Part shown: in pieces, positions 19,687 through 30,296 of the stretch
How positions within the stretch are numbered: the stretch's first letter is position 1
Layout: each line of letters starts with the position of its first letter
The notes under the pieces: generated by a model
What the model was told of the DNA's origin: nothing
Database searches by the model: none
The model's input: only the letters and a program-made list of their open reading frames with translations
Source: Shigella phage SH-1
Length of the DNA: 64,000 bases
Direction: 5' to 3' (one strand)
Sequence record: PQ642266
Made by a program: the position numbers and the translations under genes

Positions 19687-20625
19687 TTATTTAAATTGTT
19701 CAGTAACGTCTTCAACTACTTCGTATTGGCAGGTACGCATTTTAGCATCGTTGTAATCAATCGGAATTGATACTACATCGCGAGGATGTACTTTAACTTT
19801 TACAACTCGACTGGTTGAACTACCAAAGTGACGAATATAAGATTTAGAACACACGTGCAGACCATGAGAACAAGTTTGTGTATCATCGTCATTCACACGA
19901 GTACGTGGCATTTTAACTACTTTACCAGGACTGTTATCAAAGGTATTTGAGTGACAGTCAAAGTAATTGCTGCGAACTACTTTCCAAGCATAGAAATAGC
20001 CATCTTCTGTAATTTCAATATCGTTTGCTACCAAGAAATCAAAGAGTCGAGATACCGCTTTTTGGCTCGGGTTTTCCAACAGATTTTCCAAGAACGGAAA
20101 ATAAAATTCAAAGTTTTCGCCTTTTTCCATCGAATCGAGAATACGATCAACTAAACCAGATCGCAATTCAATATTTTGATAGAACAAGCTTCCACCTTCA
20201 ATTCGAACATCACCGGAAATATATTTTTCAACAGCGCGACGAACATTAATTTTTTGTGCAGCTTCTTCCAATTTATCTGCAACAAGCAGATTAAGAATTT
20301 CTTGGAAGTTTGAATGAGTATTAGGAGTTGCGTTATAAGTTACACCATCAACAGTAATTGAAATGAATTTTTTAGATGCATTCCAAATAATGTCAGATTT
20401 AACAACTGTAGCAATAGCTACATCGCTATTAACTTTAACTGTAATATCACCGCTAATGGTAACTTTGGAGCGTTCAGCTTCTTCAGCATTTTTCAAAACA
20501 CGACGGATTGTGTCAACCGATACACCTTGCCAATCAGCCAATTCCTGTTGGGTGTAATTACCACTTGAATACAGTTTGACAATTTCAGCTTGTTCGTTTT
20601 TGGTCAGGCATTTAATATTGTACAT
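19687..20625 (-). CDS. rIIB: rIIB membrane-associated protein
   Basis: 312 aa; MYNIKCLTKNEQAEIVKLYSSGNYTQQELADWQGVSVDTIRRVL... matches T4 rIIB. Confidence 0.9.
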   Translation of the reverse strand: MYNIKCLTKNEQAEIVKLYSSGNYTQQELADWQGVSVDTIRRVLKNAEEAERSKVTISGDITVKVNSDVAIATVVKSDIIWNASKKFISITVDGVTYNATPNTHSNFQEILNLLVADKLEEAAQKINVRRAVEKYISGDVRIEGGSLFYQNIELRSGLVDRILDSMEKGENFEFYFPFLENLLENPSQKAVSRLFDFLVANDIEITEDGYFYAWKVVRSNYFDCHSNTFDNSPGKVVKMPRTRVNDDDTQTCSHGLHVCSKSYIRHFGSSTSRVVKVKVHPRDVVSIPIDYNDAKMRTCQYEVVEDVTEQFK

Positions 20626-20636
20626 AATTTTCCTTA

Positions 20637-22814
20637 TTAGGCCGCAAGGGCCTTCATAGTTTTAGCGATTTGGGAAACTTCATCATCACTTAAAGAGTTG
20701 CGATAACCGATGAAGTCGGAAACAATACGGAATTTCTTGGTAAACTCAGCAACCATTTTATCACTGTTTTTTGAAGCATTACGTGATAATTCATCAAAAA
20801 GATTAGTTACTGTCCAGATGTCATGACCGATGGTACCTTTTCCACCGTTGAAATATATACCCTGCAATGAACTAACCATATTACCAAGGCGGGTGTATTC
20901 TTCGGAAACTTCATCTACACTGAAGTACTTCATCATAAAATCTAACTCAGGATACTTGATAATTTTATCAATATATCGTTTAGCTGAACTTGAATAACCT
21001 ACATACTTATCATAATCTACATCATCAAAAGCATCTACATATAAATCACGCAAAGTTTCAAAAATACATTGGCACTGACCAAGTTCTTTTACCTTTTTCT
21101 GCAAAAGCGGACGAATAACATAAAATTCATTAATGCCAATAAGATTAGCCATACGAGTCAAAATACTTGTAGATGGATTACAAAGCGATGTAGTACCATC
21201 CATAGAGAAAATATCAGAACGATGCATATATGCTACATAACCAGTAATTTCATCTGCTTCTGACGTAAGTGTAAATAGTTCCTCTTTTTCCCAACGCCCG
21301 TCTTTAATTTCAAACTTAAATGCAGTGGCAGCTTTAGGACGAGGAGCTGTACTTTTTACTGCCTTTGGAATATAACTTTTAACTAAAGCTTCAATTTCTG
21401 ACAAATAATGAATGTTAACTTCATCACTTTCAAACATTGCCATAATATCAGGAAGCAAATCAATCTGTGATTCTACTTCCGGATTAATAAACAAAAGGCG
21501 TTCATTGTGATGAATATTTAAGGTGTTATTAAATTCATTATCATCTAACGCACGTGCTAATCCACGGACAATATTAACACGATTTTTAGTATTATCAATA
21601 ACAATATTAATTTTTGTCGTATTAATACCAAACAGACGATAGCTTGATGCAACGGCTGAAGTTTCATGACTTTGCTTAATGCGTTTCAGTCGAGGGTCAA
21701 GATTTACTTCATACACAACCCCTGCATTGCATAACTTACTGTCAGGTTCAAACATGCTCTGCATCTTTTTATATGACAGATTTTTAGTCGTAAATTTGAC
21801 TGAATTGCTAATCATATAATCTCGAGCAGAATACCCCATCTTCATCAATTCACGGTATGTATGACGAGGAGATGTAGATTCTTTAAATCGTTTTACATCT
21901 TCATTAAATGCCTTTTCACTGAGCTCTTTAACACGCTCAATAATATTTTTACGAGTACGATCATCCAGCGAAAGAGCCTCACGCGATGGAGCAATATCAA
22001 GTGAACCCATTGGAAACTTAATATAATTCACTTCATTGCGGATGCTTAACCAGTTACGCTCTCTAATAACACCGTCAATAGGATAAACAATACCGCCATA
22101 GATAGCATACAATCCACCACGATCTGGCCAGTATCTTTCTGGATTTACGCCGTAGCAGTCATCAAAATCCGGAAAATAATCAATTTCGCGGTCAAGACCA
22201 TTAATGATAGCCAAATCTTTGAACGGTCGCATGATATAAGAAACTTCATAAGCAAAGTTTCTAAAATCTTTTTCTTCAACTGGAACTACGATTTCAATAC
22301 CAGTTTTATCATTTGGACCCATTTCTTTTACGAATGTAGGTTTAATTTGCGGACCATCACCATCCATATAAGCTACATAACCGCGAATTTCACCTTTATG
22401 GTACGAAGTAATACTAAACGTATCAGTATAACTAAACGGAGATTTAGAACCTAAACCAAATCCGCCAATGAAATCGTTAGATTCAGCCTTAGATGAACTG
22501 AAGTATGAATTATACAACCCAGGAGAATTATCATCACCCTGAATATCAAAATCGCTCATACCCGGACCAAAATCTCGACAAACAAATCGCGGGTCTAATC
22601 GTCCTGGAACTTGAATGATAAATTTTTCAGGATTTCCATTGAGAGCATGGGCATCAATCATGTTGGTAATCAATTCACGAACAACTGCGCGAATCTTGTT
22701 TGTATACAAATCCGATGATAAGATTTTAAATACTTTAGGAGATGCTGTGATGCTAAATGCTTTTGATTTAGAACCATTGCCAAGAATAGTTTCTTTTTCA
22801 GTGGTGATAATCAT
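20637..22814 (-). CDS. rIIA: rIIA membrane-associated protein
   Basis: 725 aa; same length as T4 rIIA, directly upstream of rIIB. Confidence 0.9.
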   Translation of the reverse strand: MIITTEKETILGNGSKSKAFSITASPKVFKILSSDLYTNKIRAVVRELITNMIDAHALNGNPEKFIIQVPGRLDPRFVCRDFGPGMSDFDIQGDDNSPGLYNSYFSSSKAESNDFIGGFGLGSKSPFSYTDTFSITSYHKGEIRGYVAYMDGDGPQIKPTFVKEMGPNDKTGIEIVVPVEEKDFRNFAYEVSYIMRPFKDLAIINGLDREIDYFPDFDDCYGVNPERYWPDRGGLYAIYGGIVYPIDGVIRERNWLSIRNEVNYIKFPMGSLDIAPSREALSLDDRTRKNIIERVKELSEKAFNEDVKRFKESTSPRHTYRELMKMGYSARDYMISNSVKFTTKNLSYKKMQSMFEPDSKLCNAGVVYEVNLDPRLKRIKQSHETSAVASSYRLFGINTTKINIVIDNTKNRVNIVRGLARALDDNEFNNTLNIHHNERLLFINPEVESQIDLLPDIMAMFESDEVNIHYLSEIEALVKSYIPKAVKSTAPRPKAATAFKFEIKDGRWEKEELFTLTSEADEITGYVAYMHRSDIFSMDGTTSLCNPSTSILTRMANLIGINEFYVIRPLLQKKVKELGQCQCIFETLRDLYVDAFDDVDYDKYVGYSSSAKRYIDKIIKYPELDFMMKYFSVDEVSEEYTRLGNMVSSLQGIYFNGGKGTIGHDIWTVTNLFDELSRNASKNSDKMVAEFTKKFRIVSDFIGYRNSLSDDEVSQIAKTMKALAA

Positions 22815-22824
22815 AATTTCCTCA

Positions 22825-23028
22825 TTAATTCATATTACGCTTAATAACTTCAGCAACTTCTAGTAATTCATCTTTGGTTGCGGCGTCGGATTGAATTTTA
22901 TCTCTGATATTCTTAAAGCGGTTTTTAAACTCTTCGGCTTCTCCCATATCGAAAAAGCGCTGAATGATTCTATATTCTCGATGAACTGCTTTATCAAAAA
23001 GTTCTAAATTTACTTTATATGATTTCAT
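22825..23028 (-). CDS. hypothetical protein (67 aa), rIIA.1 position
   Basis: Track ORF with ATG start between gene 39 and rIIA. Confidence 0.55.
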   Translation of the reverse strand: MKSYKVNLELFDKAVHREYRIIQRFFDMGEAEEFKNRFKNIRDKIQSDAATKDELLEVAEVIKRNMN

Positions 23029-23053
23029 TTCAATATCCTCATTTGCCCAATTA

Positions 23054-23083
23054 ATTATACCACATCCTTGTAGTAAAGTAAAC
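23054..23083 (-). promoter_or_regulatory. sigma70-type early promoter
   Basis: Minus strand GTTTAC, 18 bp, TGgTATAAT. Confidence 0.6.
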
Positions 23084-24900
23084 TACTGACTCATCCATTC
23101 TTTACGAAGGTCAGCATTATCTCCCATGAGCATTTCAAAAAGCTCTTTCCAGTTCTCAGGAAGTTTAACAACATCATATACTGGATTTTGAATCATCTCA
23201 CGATATTCAGATTTTTCCAAAGAGCCAAGTCCTTTAATATAACGGATGCTATGTTTAGGTAGAGCATCTTTGGCACTCTCATATTCAGCGACTGTATAAA
23301 ACCATTCTTGTTTTTTACCGACCTGAGCGATGATTACAGGAGTTTTGACAAAGCGAATTCTTCCTTGTTCAAACAGTTCTGGCCAATTACTAAAAAATCC
23401 GAGCAGAGAAGGATAAATGCTTCCTAGACCATCATGGTCAGCATCGGTCATAATAGCAATATTATGATAATTTAAGTTTTCAGCCTTTTCACCAAGAACT
23501 AATCCAGTGATTGCGCAAATATCAAACAGTTCTTTATTTTTAAGCATATCAGCATATGACATACCCCAACTGTTGAGAACTTTACCACGTAATGGATAAC
23601 CACCATGAAGTTCTTTATCACGAACATCAATAAGATATCCGATAGCGGAATCACCCTCAGTCAAGAAAAGAGTAGTGTCAGCATCTTTACCACAAAGATT
23701 CGCTTTAATATGTTTATGAACCTTAGCTTTAGAAGCCTTTTTAGCTGCTTTAGTTTCTGCTGCTTTTTCTGCCGCCAATTTACGAGCCAAAGCAGCTTCA
23801 ATAATTGGCATTAAAATTGCTTCATTATTTAAAATAGCACGTGAAATCTTTTTAGCATCAAGTTGAATATGACTACGGATTTCACCAAATGGAGAAGTCA
23901 AACGCTCTTTAGTTTGAGAATCAAATCGCATGTTTTTCATATCACGAACAAACATAACGATAGTCAAACATTCTTTAACACGTGCTTTAGTTACATCAAT
24001 TTTGAATTTACGTTTGATTTGCGGAATAAGGTCTTCACAAATATCATCCATAACGCAGTCAATGTGATGACCACCATTCTTAGTATGAATGTTATTGACG
24101 TATGTTAATTGACGAAAACCATCCGGTGAACGACCAACCGCAATAGAACAATTTTCTTGTTCTTGAACGATAGCATGTTCATCATATTGGCGTGCATATT
24201 TCTTAAAATTACCCTGAACCTTTTTACCATTAAAGGTAAATTGAATATCAGGATAAACTACTGCAAGTGTTTGAAGACGATCTAGTGTAATGTCAAGATA
24301 AACCTGAGATAGCTCATTAGTTTCAAATGACATAAAATCAGGAATGAAAGTAACACGTGTTCCTTTCCATTTTCCAGGAATAGTTTCCCATGATTTATTT
24401 TCCATGCCATTTGAACAACGAACTACAATATTATTTTGACCATCGCCAGTTTCACCGACAAACATCACAGAAAAAATGTTAGTTAAACTAGAACCAACAC
24501 CGTTCATACCACCGGTGACGCGTTCTTTATCATCACCAAAGTTACCACCTGCTTTTGGAATAGTCCAGGCAGCAACAGGTCCAGGAATTTCTTCACCAGT
24601 AGGTGTTTTAACCATCGCTTGTGGAATACCACGACCGTTATCTTCAACTGTTACTTGATTGTTTTTAATAGTAACATTAATTTTATTCGCGAATTTAAAC
24701 TTAGTACGAATACCTTCATCTACTGAGTTATCGATAATTTCATCAATAAGCTTAACAAGACCAGGTACATACTGAACACTTTCCCATTTACCAAACAGAA
24801 AGCGCTCATGCATTTCATTAGCAGAAGAACCAATGTACATGCCGCTACGCTTTTTGATATGTTCAATATCGCTCAGAATTTTAATTTCATTCTTAATCAT
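23083..24900 (-). CDS. 39: DNA topoisomerase II large subunit (uninterrupted gene 39, includes the part T4 encodes as gene 60)
   Basis: 605 aa continuous ORF starting MIKNEIKILSDIEHIKKRSGMYIGSS (GHKL ATPase N-terminus); no stop or bypass element. Confidence 0.9.
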   Translation of the reverse strand: MIKNEIKILSDIEHIKKRSGMYIGSSANEMHERFLFGKWESVQYVPGLVKLIDEIIDNSVDEGIRTKFKFANKINVTIKNNQVTVEDNGRGIPQAMVKTPTGEEIPGPVAAWTIPKAGGNFGDDKERVTGGMNGVGSSLTNIFSVMFVGETGDGQNNIVVRCSNGMENKSWETIPGKWKGTRVTFIPDFMSFETNELSQVYLDITLDRLQTLAVVYPDIQFTFNGKKVQGNFKKYARQYDEHAIVQEQENCSIAVGRSPDGFRQLTYVNNIHTKNGGHHIDCVMDDICEDLIPQIKRKFKIDVTKARVKECLTIVMFVRDMKNMRFDSQTKERLTSPFGEIRSHIQLDAKKISRAILNNEAILMPIIEAALARKLAAEKAAETKAAKKASKAKVHKHIKANLCGKDADTTLFLTEGDSAIGYLIDVRDKELHGGYPLRGKVLNSWGMSYADMLKNKELFDICAITGLVLGEKAENLNYHNIAIMTDADHDGLGSIYPSLLGFFSNWPELFEQGRIRFVKTPVIIAQVGKKQEWFYTVAEYESAKDALPKHSIRYIKGLGSLEKSEYREMIQNPVYDVVKLPENWKELFEMLMGDNADLRKEWMSQ

Positions 24901-24969
24901 CACTTATCCTCGTTTGGTTTCGGGAATATTATACTCCGGTAATCATAAAGCTAAAGGCCCGAAGGCCTT

Positions 24970-25230
24970 TTATTTAAAACGAATAGTCGAATCCTTGAAG
25001 AATAGACCAGAACATACGGTTCCTTCTACTTTCTGCCCGGTAGGTCCAATAGCACGAAATCCAGTATGTTGGAAATCATTTTCAGAGCAACCGAACCAAT
25101 TATATCCAGTGATTTCAATATTAGTAAAACCACTTGATGACAAAACTTTGGTTGCATTATCAGCATCAGTACATCCTACTAAAGATACTGCTAATACTAA
25201 TGCCGCAATAGAACGATTAACATATTTCAT
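24970..25230 (-). CDS. putative lipoprotein (86 aa)
   Basis: MKYVNRSIAALVLAVSLVGC signal peptide with LVGC lipobox. Confidence 0.55.
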   Translation of the reverse strand: MKYVNRSIAALVLAVSLVGCTDADNATKVLSSSGFTNIEITGYNWFGCSENDFQHTGFRAIGPTGQKVEGTVCSGLFFKDSTIRFK

Positions 25231-25234
25231 AATT

Positions 25235-25606
25235 TCACTCAAATTTAATGGCTTGAAGGAGACTAATAATTCTCAAGCGACTTCTTTCATCTTTAACTGT
25301 AAAAGAAAGAGGGTCGCCAGATTTCATAGTGATAGTACATTCAAAATCAAAATCTTCAGGAACTTCTTCGAAGAAGTCAAATTCTTCATCATAAATTAGA
25401 ACATTACTCTGAAAACTGTGAAGAATTTTTCCATCATTTCCAGATGCTGTACTAATCATTGTAACATTATGGCCTTTCATATCTTCAACGATAAATTCGC
25501 TTGTAGATATTACGGCATTAATAGAACCATTCCTATAAATAGAAGAAAGCAGATATTTCTTTTCTTCACCTTCGCGAACACGATATTTCTTACCGATTTT
25601 AAACAT
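25235..25606 (-). CDS. hypothetical protein (123 aa)
   Basis: Track ORF with ATG start. Confidence 0.55.
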   Translation of the reverse strand: MFKIGKKYRVREGEEKKYLLSSIYRNGSINAVISTSEFIVEDMKGHNVTMISTASGNDGKILHSFQSNVLIYDEEFDFFEEVPEDFDFECTITMKSGDPLSFTVKDERSRLRIISLLQAIKFE

Positions 25607-25608
25607 AA

Positions 25609-25785
25609 TTATCCTTTAAGTAAGTCGTAAAATCCACCATTCACATGCTTAGGAGCAGAAGGCTGACGAGTAGACAGACGATGACATTTAGGGCAAACAT
25701 CATTTTCTCGTTCAGAAATCTTTTTAATTTTTTCATATTCATGCCCACAATATTCGGATTGGCATTTATAATCATACATTGGCAT
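25609..25785 (-). CDS. zinc-ribbon protein (58 aa, CxxC...CxxC)
   Basis: MPMYDYKCQSEYCGHEYEKIKKISERENDVCPKCHRL...; below track size cut-off. Confidence 0.5.
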   Translation of the reverse strand: MPMYDYKCQSEYCGHEYEKIKKISERENDVCPKCHRLSTRQPSAPKHVNGGFYDLLKG

Positions 25786-25787
25786 AA

Positions 25788-26207
25788 TTATTCCTTAAAG
25801 TGTGCTTTCAACATCTGATACAAGGACCATGCCTGTTCATTATTTTCAATAGTAACTTTCATTACCGGGAATTCTGTGAAATCTTCTATTTGTTCTTGCT
25901 CTTCCTGCTCTTGTTCTTCAGCAGCCTGATATGGATTTTCCACTTCATCAAAGAACCCAGCTTCGTTAGTAGAGAGCCAGATAAAGTTTTCGTCAAGGAT
26001 ATCAGCGCCGGCACAACGTTTGAGTACACCTGTGGATGTCACAATTTTAGTAGGACGCCCAAGATAATCAGCATCTAAAATTTTAAAAGGTTCCATACCT
26101 AAACGTCGTGCATAGATTCCGTTATCAGTATGGTCTTTAATAAAATTTTCTTGAGCTTGTTTATTTTTAAATTGATACCATTTATTAACTTCAAATCTAA
26201 TAGCCAT
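25788..26207 (-). CDS. hypothetical acidic protein (139 aa)
   Basis: Track ORF; [10 protein letters not shown] acidic stretch. Confidence 0.55.
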   Translation of the reverse strand: MAIRFEVNKWYQFKNKQAQENFIKDHTDNGIYARRLGMEPFKILDADYLGRPTKIVTSTGVLKRCAGADILDENFIWLSTNEAGFFDEVENPYQAAEEQEQEEQEQIEDFTEFPVMKVTIENNEQAWSLYQMLKAHFKE

Positions 26208-26422
26208 TAATAAATTTCCTTCCAGTAAGTTGTACCGTCTTCAGTGATTTCACGGAATACACCGTAAATCGGTTGTTTATCACCGACTTTCTCATACACA
26301 TAAACAGAAGTCAAGTGAGTAAACTTAATGGTGTGTTCCTTTTGAACCACTACCAAATCTGGATCGAATAATACATCTTCAAATTCGTCATTAGTGCAGT
26401 TCTGAACAATTTTACGTTTCAT
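26207..26422 (-). CDS. hypothetical protein (71 aa)
   Basis: Track ORF with ATG start. Confidence 0.5.
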   Translation of the reverse strand: MKRKIVQNCTNDEFEDVLFDPDLVVVQKEHTIKFTHLTSVYVYEKVGDKQPIYGVFREITEDGTTYWKEIY

Positions 26423-26435
26423 TATAATTTCCTCA

Positions 26436-26705
26436 TTAATTGAACAGTGGAGCGATGCGTTTCAGAAGAGTAGCAGCACCTTTGGCAAATTTTACATCAT
26501 GAAAAACAGTTTCTTCTTCCGTTACAACACGAGCTTTAATGTTTTCACAATCCCAATTTTTGCGAACAATCTTCAAAAGCTGCAGTAAATCTTTACATTC
26601 TGCAATATCGATAACACATCCACGAGAATCTTCCATTATCGCACGATAACCATAAGCCGTACCATAATCGTTGAAAGATTGTTCGATGATAATTAAGTTT
26701 TCCAT
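26436..26705 (-). CDS. hypothetical protein (89 aa)
   Basis: ATG at 26705 with GGAGAATAAA upstream. Confidence 0.5.
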   Translation of the reverse strand: MENLIIIEQSFNDYGTAYGYRAIMEDSRGCVIDIAECKDLLQLLKIVRKNWDCENIKARVVTEEETVFHDVKFAKGAATLLKRIAPLFN

Positions 26706-26730
26706 TTTATTCTCCAAGTTGTTTTCTGTA

Positions 26731-26771
26731 TCAGTAGTTGATATTGATATAGTACCATAATCAACTACTGA
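26731..26771 (-). promoter_or_regulatory. early promoter with extended -10 embedded in an 11-bp inverted repeat
   Basis: tcagtagttga ... tcaactactga arms flank TGgTACTAT; -35 weak. Confidence 0.45.
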
Positions 26772-26802
26772 TGTATATAGTTTTATGAAAAAATTTTAAA
26801 CT

Positions 26803-27300
26803 TTATGCACAGCGAGCTTTGCTATAGTGTTTAATCCAACTTTCAGGAATGACTTTGTATGTTCCTAAAAATACCGCGTTGTACAGCTTAACGCCATCTT
26901 CTACCCATTGATCAGTAATGTATGCACACATAGCACGAGTACGATGTTTTTGAACAACCCCTTCCTCATCTTCAGTAAATTCGAATTCATAAGGAGCAAC
27001 GAACTTAATAGCCTGACCGAGTTTCCACTTAAAGTCTACACCTACGTGCGAAGTATCAATTGTTTCAATTCCTTTAGCAGGAACAGCTTTCAAAAACGCA
27101 GACTCAAGAAATTTCGCACGAACATAGCCAAACTGAGGTTTAGACTTTCCATCTTTAGGAATGATACGCACTTTTACTTCAGAATCTTCATCTTTAACGC
27201 CGTGTTTAAGCTGAATGCTTACAATTTCAACCAATTTTCCTGCTGCTTTAGAACGGGATTTATCAGATACACGAGCAATTTCACCAATATTAATAATCAT
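26803..27300 (-). CDS. hypothetical protein (165 aa)
   Basis: Track ORF with ATG start; two early promoters upstream. Confidence 0.6.
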   Translation of the reverse strand: MIINIGEIARVSDKSRSKAAGKLVEIVSIQLKHGVKDEDSEVKVRIIPKDGKSKPQFGYVRAKFLESAFLKAVPAKGIETIDTSHVGVDFKWKLGQAIKFVAPYEFEFTEDEEGVVQKHRTRAMCAYITDQWVEDGVKLYNAVFLGTYKVIPESWIKHYSKARCA

Positions 27301-27344
27301 AGTTATCTCTCACTTGTTAAAAAGATTTTATACTCCACAGGACC

Positions 27345-27374
27345 ATTATACTCTGGTCCCAAGAGTTTGTAAAC
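27345..27374 (-). promoter_or_regulatory. sigma70-type early promoter
   Basis: Minus strand GTTTACA, 17 bp, TATAAT; -10 flanked by ggacc/ggtcc short inverted repeat. Confidence 0.6.
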
Positions 27375-27446
27375 TTAATTTAATTCACTAAACGATGATT
27401 CAACACGGTAAATTTTCATTTTATTATCCTCAGTAGCTATGGTGTT

Positions 27447-27477
27447 ATAATACCACAACTAACCGAGGAAGTAAACA
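27447..27477 (-). promoter_or_regulatory. sigma70-type early promoter
   Basis: Minus strand GTTTAC, 18 bp, TGgTATTAT. Confidence 0.55.
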
Positions 27478-27482
27478 ACTTT

Positions 27483-28166
27483 TTATCGTTTTGTTGGAAG
27501 AGACAGAGGATCGCATTCTTCCTCTGACGGAGCATCTTCAAGACCCATAGCATATCGCAAAGCATACTTCATCATCAGGATGTCTTTCGCACAGTCATGA
27601 ATAGAATCATGTGCAACGAATCCATCTAAAGTTCCCTTTGGAAGAGGACACGTGGTCATATCACGAACAAGGAGAAGTGCTTCAATTCTGGTACGAATAT
27701 CACGCTGATTCCAGAATTTACATGGTTCTAACTTAAATGTGTCAAGTTCATTCTCAGATACGCCATTAAGACGTTGAATATCGCGAATGAGATCGACTAA
27801 AATTGGAAAATCAAACGACATTCCACGGCACCAGCCTTGAGATTTCCAAGGATCGATGTTATGTGCATTGATGTAATCATTAAATTTTACAATACCATCG
27901 ATAGTGCTTACATCTTCATCTGATGGTGCAATATTTTTTCGAGCTTCAGGAGACTGATTTTTCCACCATTCGATAGTGCTTTTAGTAAAAAGACGATGTC
28001 CTTTTTGGCTTTTTAAATCAAATTTGATTTTAATGCCGCGTGAAACTAATTCATCGAACGTTTCAACTACTTCTGGATTAGGGTCAAAGGCAATAACAGC
28101 CAAATCAATAACAGCTGCTTTTTCACCACTTCCCATTGTTTCAAAATCTATAATAAAATCAAACAT
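27483..28166 (-). CDS. dexA: exonuclease A DexA
   Basis: 227 aa, MFDFIIDFETMGSGEKAAVIDLAVIAF..., DEDD-type exonuclease N-terminus; T4 dexA position. Confidence 0.85.
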   Translation of the reverse strand: MFDFIIDFETMGSGEKAAVIDLAVIAFDPNPEVVETFDELVSRGIKIKFDLKSQKGHRLFTKSTIEWWKNQSPEARKNIAPSDEDVSTIDGIVKFNDYINAHNIDPWKSQGWCRGMSFDFPILVDLIRDIQRLNGVSENELDTFKLEPCKFWNQRDIRTRIEALLLVRDMTTCPLPKGTLDGFVAHDSIHDCAKDILMMKYALRYAMGLEDAPSEEECDPLSLPTKR

Positions 28167-28408
28167 TAAATTTTCCTCGCTAAATCGCGAATTTGACCTA
28201 CAGTATAATCTTGGATATAAACTTTATTAATAGGCTCATCAATAAATTTTGCCATAGATTCAATATCTTTTTGTATCTCTTCAAGACTGTATACTATCTT
28301 TAAAGCTTTTTCGCGAATAGTAACATTATCAGGTCCTGAATTTTCTTGAATGACAGCTTTAACACTTGCCATAAGAGATTTAAACTGATGCAAACTTAAT
28401 TCAATCAT
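28166..28408 (-). CDS. hypothetical protein (80 aa)
   Basis: Track ORF trimmed to first ATG (track start is GTG). Confidence 0.45.
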   Translation of the reverse strand: MIELSLHQFKSLMASVKAVIQENSGPDNVTIREKALKIVYSLEEIQKDIESMAKFIDEPINKVYIQDYTVGQIRDLARKI

Positions 28409-28646
28409 TAATAACCGCCTTATAAAGATGGCTAATTTCACCTAAAACGTAATCACTGATTGTAACAGTTTTCACTTCACCACAAAAGAATTCTAACGCA
28501 ATCAAATCTCGTTCAATTTCTTCCAATTGAAGCATTAACTTGCCTGATTCAATTTTCACGTTTTTACGATTTTTACTATAAGCTATTTCATAAATTTCGC
28601 TTACTTTATCTTGAAGCAGATAAAACTGGTCTTTAGTTATTTCCAC
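28401..28646 (-). CDS. hypothetical protein (81 aa)
   Basis: Probable GTG start preceded by GAGGAAG. Confidence 0.45.
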   Translation of the reverse strand: MEITKDQFYLLQDKVSEIYEIAYSKNRKNVKIESGKLMLQLEEIERDLIALEFFCGEVKTVTISDYVLGEISHLYKAVIND

Positions 28647-28667
28647 GAATAGCTTCCTCAAATTTAA

Positions 28668-29987
28668 TCATACATAAAACACATCATAACGACCACGAGT
28701 GACACCAACATAAAGAAGCTGTTGAGCTAGTTCAGCGTCTGCATAATGAATACAAGGCGTATAGATAAAAGCACGATCTACAGACATGCCCTGAGCTTTA
28801 TGGAATGTTGACGCAGGAAGTGCTTTCACTTTACTAAATTGTGATTTAGCATCCCAAAAATCACTCCATGGAGCCTTTCCGCCTTTATTCCAATTTTTGT
28901 AAGTTTCTGCAGTTTTACCTAAAAATAAGTTAAACTTATACAGCTCTTCATCAGATGAAATTATTTTAATCTTTTCACGATAATATTCATCATCGCCGTA
29001 AGTTTCTACTGTTAAATCCCAATGACGAATTAGATATTCTCCAGAAACACCACGAGCTTTAACAAAAGTCGATGTATATTCTGCTTCTATAATACGAACT
29101 AATTGTCCGTTATTAAAAATAATTTCTGACACAGGCTTTCCATCAATTTTATATGTTTTAATTAACGGTTCCTGCATTACAATAATTTCACCAACGATAA
29201 AATCTTTATCGGTTTCAAAAATCTTTTTGCGAATAATGCTATTTAACTTATCAACAGATTTATTCGTAAATGCCATTACGCGATTTTCAAACAAATCATC
29301 TAGTGATTTAACGATTGAAAAATAATTTACCATAAAATCGCGTAAAGCGGTATCACCGGTAAATCCACGTACTCCATGCCCGTCAACAACTTTATCATAA
29401 ATCCACTTACCGTTGCGAACATCAGTAGCTACATCAATAATAGGAGCATTACTGCGTTTAACTTCGGTGAGTTCACACTGATAAAAATCTTTGTGCGTAA
29501 AGAATGGACTGATATAAGCAGTATTTTCTCCTGGGTCAACAGGTCTAATTTGCTTATTATCACCTATTCCAATTATAGTACACCATGGCGGGATGGTTGA
29601 AAGCAAAATTTTAAATAGCTTTCTATCATACATTGATACTTCGTCGCAGATTAATACTCTGCATTTAGCCAAATCCGGTACTTCTTTTTGCTCAAAAAGA
29701 ACGTTTTCTTCGTATGTTACTGGGTTAATTTTAAGAATACTGTGAATAGTACTCGCTTCTTTCCCTGACAGTTTTGAAAGAATCTTTTTAGCTGCATGAG
29801 TAGGAGCTGCTAAAATAATGCCAGTTTCGCCCGTAGATATTAAGGCTTCAATGATGAACTTAGTAAGAGTAGTCTTACCGGTACCAGCAGGTCCATTAAT
29901 AGTTACATGATGTTTCTTTTCTTTAATAGCCCTCATAACGATGTTAAAGGCATTTTTCTGGCCTTCGGTCAAATCATCAAATGTCAT
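28668..29987 (-). CDS. dda: Dda DNA helicase (SF1B)
   Basis: 439 aa; Walker A GPAGTGKT; matches T4 Dda N-terminus. Confidence 0.9.
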   Translation of the reverse strand: MTFDDLTEGQKNAFNIVMRAIKEKKHHVTINGPAGTGKTTLTKFIIEALISTGETGIILAAPTHAAKKILSKLSGKEASTIHSILKINPVTYEENVLFEQKEVPDLAKCRVLICDEVSMYDRKLFKILLSTIPPWCTIIGIGDNKQIRPVDPGENTAYISPFFTHKDFYQCELTEVKRSNAPIIDVATDVRNGKWIYDKVVDGHGVRGFTGDTALRDFMVNYFSIVKSLDDLFENRVMAFTNKSVDKLNSIIRKKIFETDKDFIVGEIIVMQEPLIKTYKIDGKPVSEIIFNNGQLVRIIEAEYTSTFVKARGVSGEYLIRHWDLTVETYGDDEYYREKIKIISSDEELYKFNLFLGKTAETYKNWNKGGKAPWSDFWDAKSQFSKVKALPASTFHKAQGMSVDRAFIYTPCIHYADAELAQQLLYVGVTRGRYDVFYV

Positions 29988-30295
29988 CGTAAATTCCCTG
30001 CAATTGGTATACTAACAATACGCCCAGTATCTAAAATTCGCCGATATAATCTTTGCGTGTCTACATCAGGCTTAACATGTTTAACTTCTATTTTATTAAA
30101 CCAAAACTTGCGTGGAGTCTCAACTAATCTCGGAATTCCCATACCTAAAGCTAGTTGATACTGCTCTTTAAGAGTTGTAAATACTTTATCAGCAATCTCC
30201 CTTTCAAAAAATATAGCAGGACGATGTTCATCAAGAGGAACAGGCACCGCAAATCCATCTTTATCTCTATACACTATCGCATATACATAAAACAT
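29984..30295 (-). CDS. hypothetical protein (103 aa), dda.1 position
   Basis: Track ORF overlapping dda start by 4 nt. Confidence 0.55.
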   Translation of the reverse strand: MFYVYAIVYRDKDGFAVPVPLDEHRPAIFFEREIADKVFTTLKEQYQLALGMGIPRLVETPRKFWFNKIEVKHVKPDVDTQRLYRRILDTGRIVSIPIAGNLR

Positions 30296-30296
30296 A

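Noticed and set aside
24833-25399. 188-aa plus-strand ORF
   Set aside because: Runs antisense across the start of gene 39, a lipoprotein gene and another minus-strand gene, each with its own promoter and Shine-Dalgarno; no signals of its own.
26908-27372. 154-aa plus-strand ORF
   Set aside because: Antisense to a well-supported minus-strand gene and the early promoter region; low-complexity translation; no ribosome binding site.
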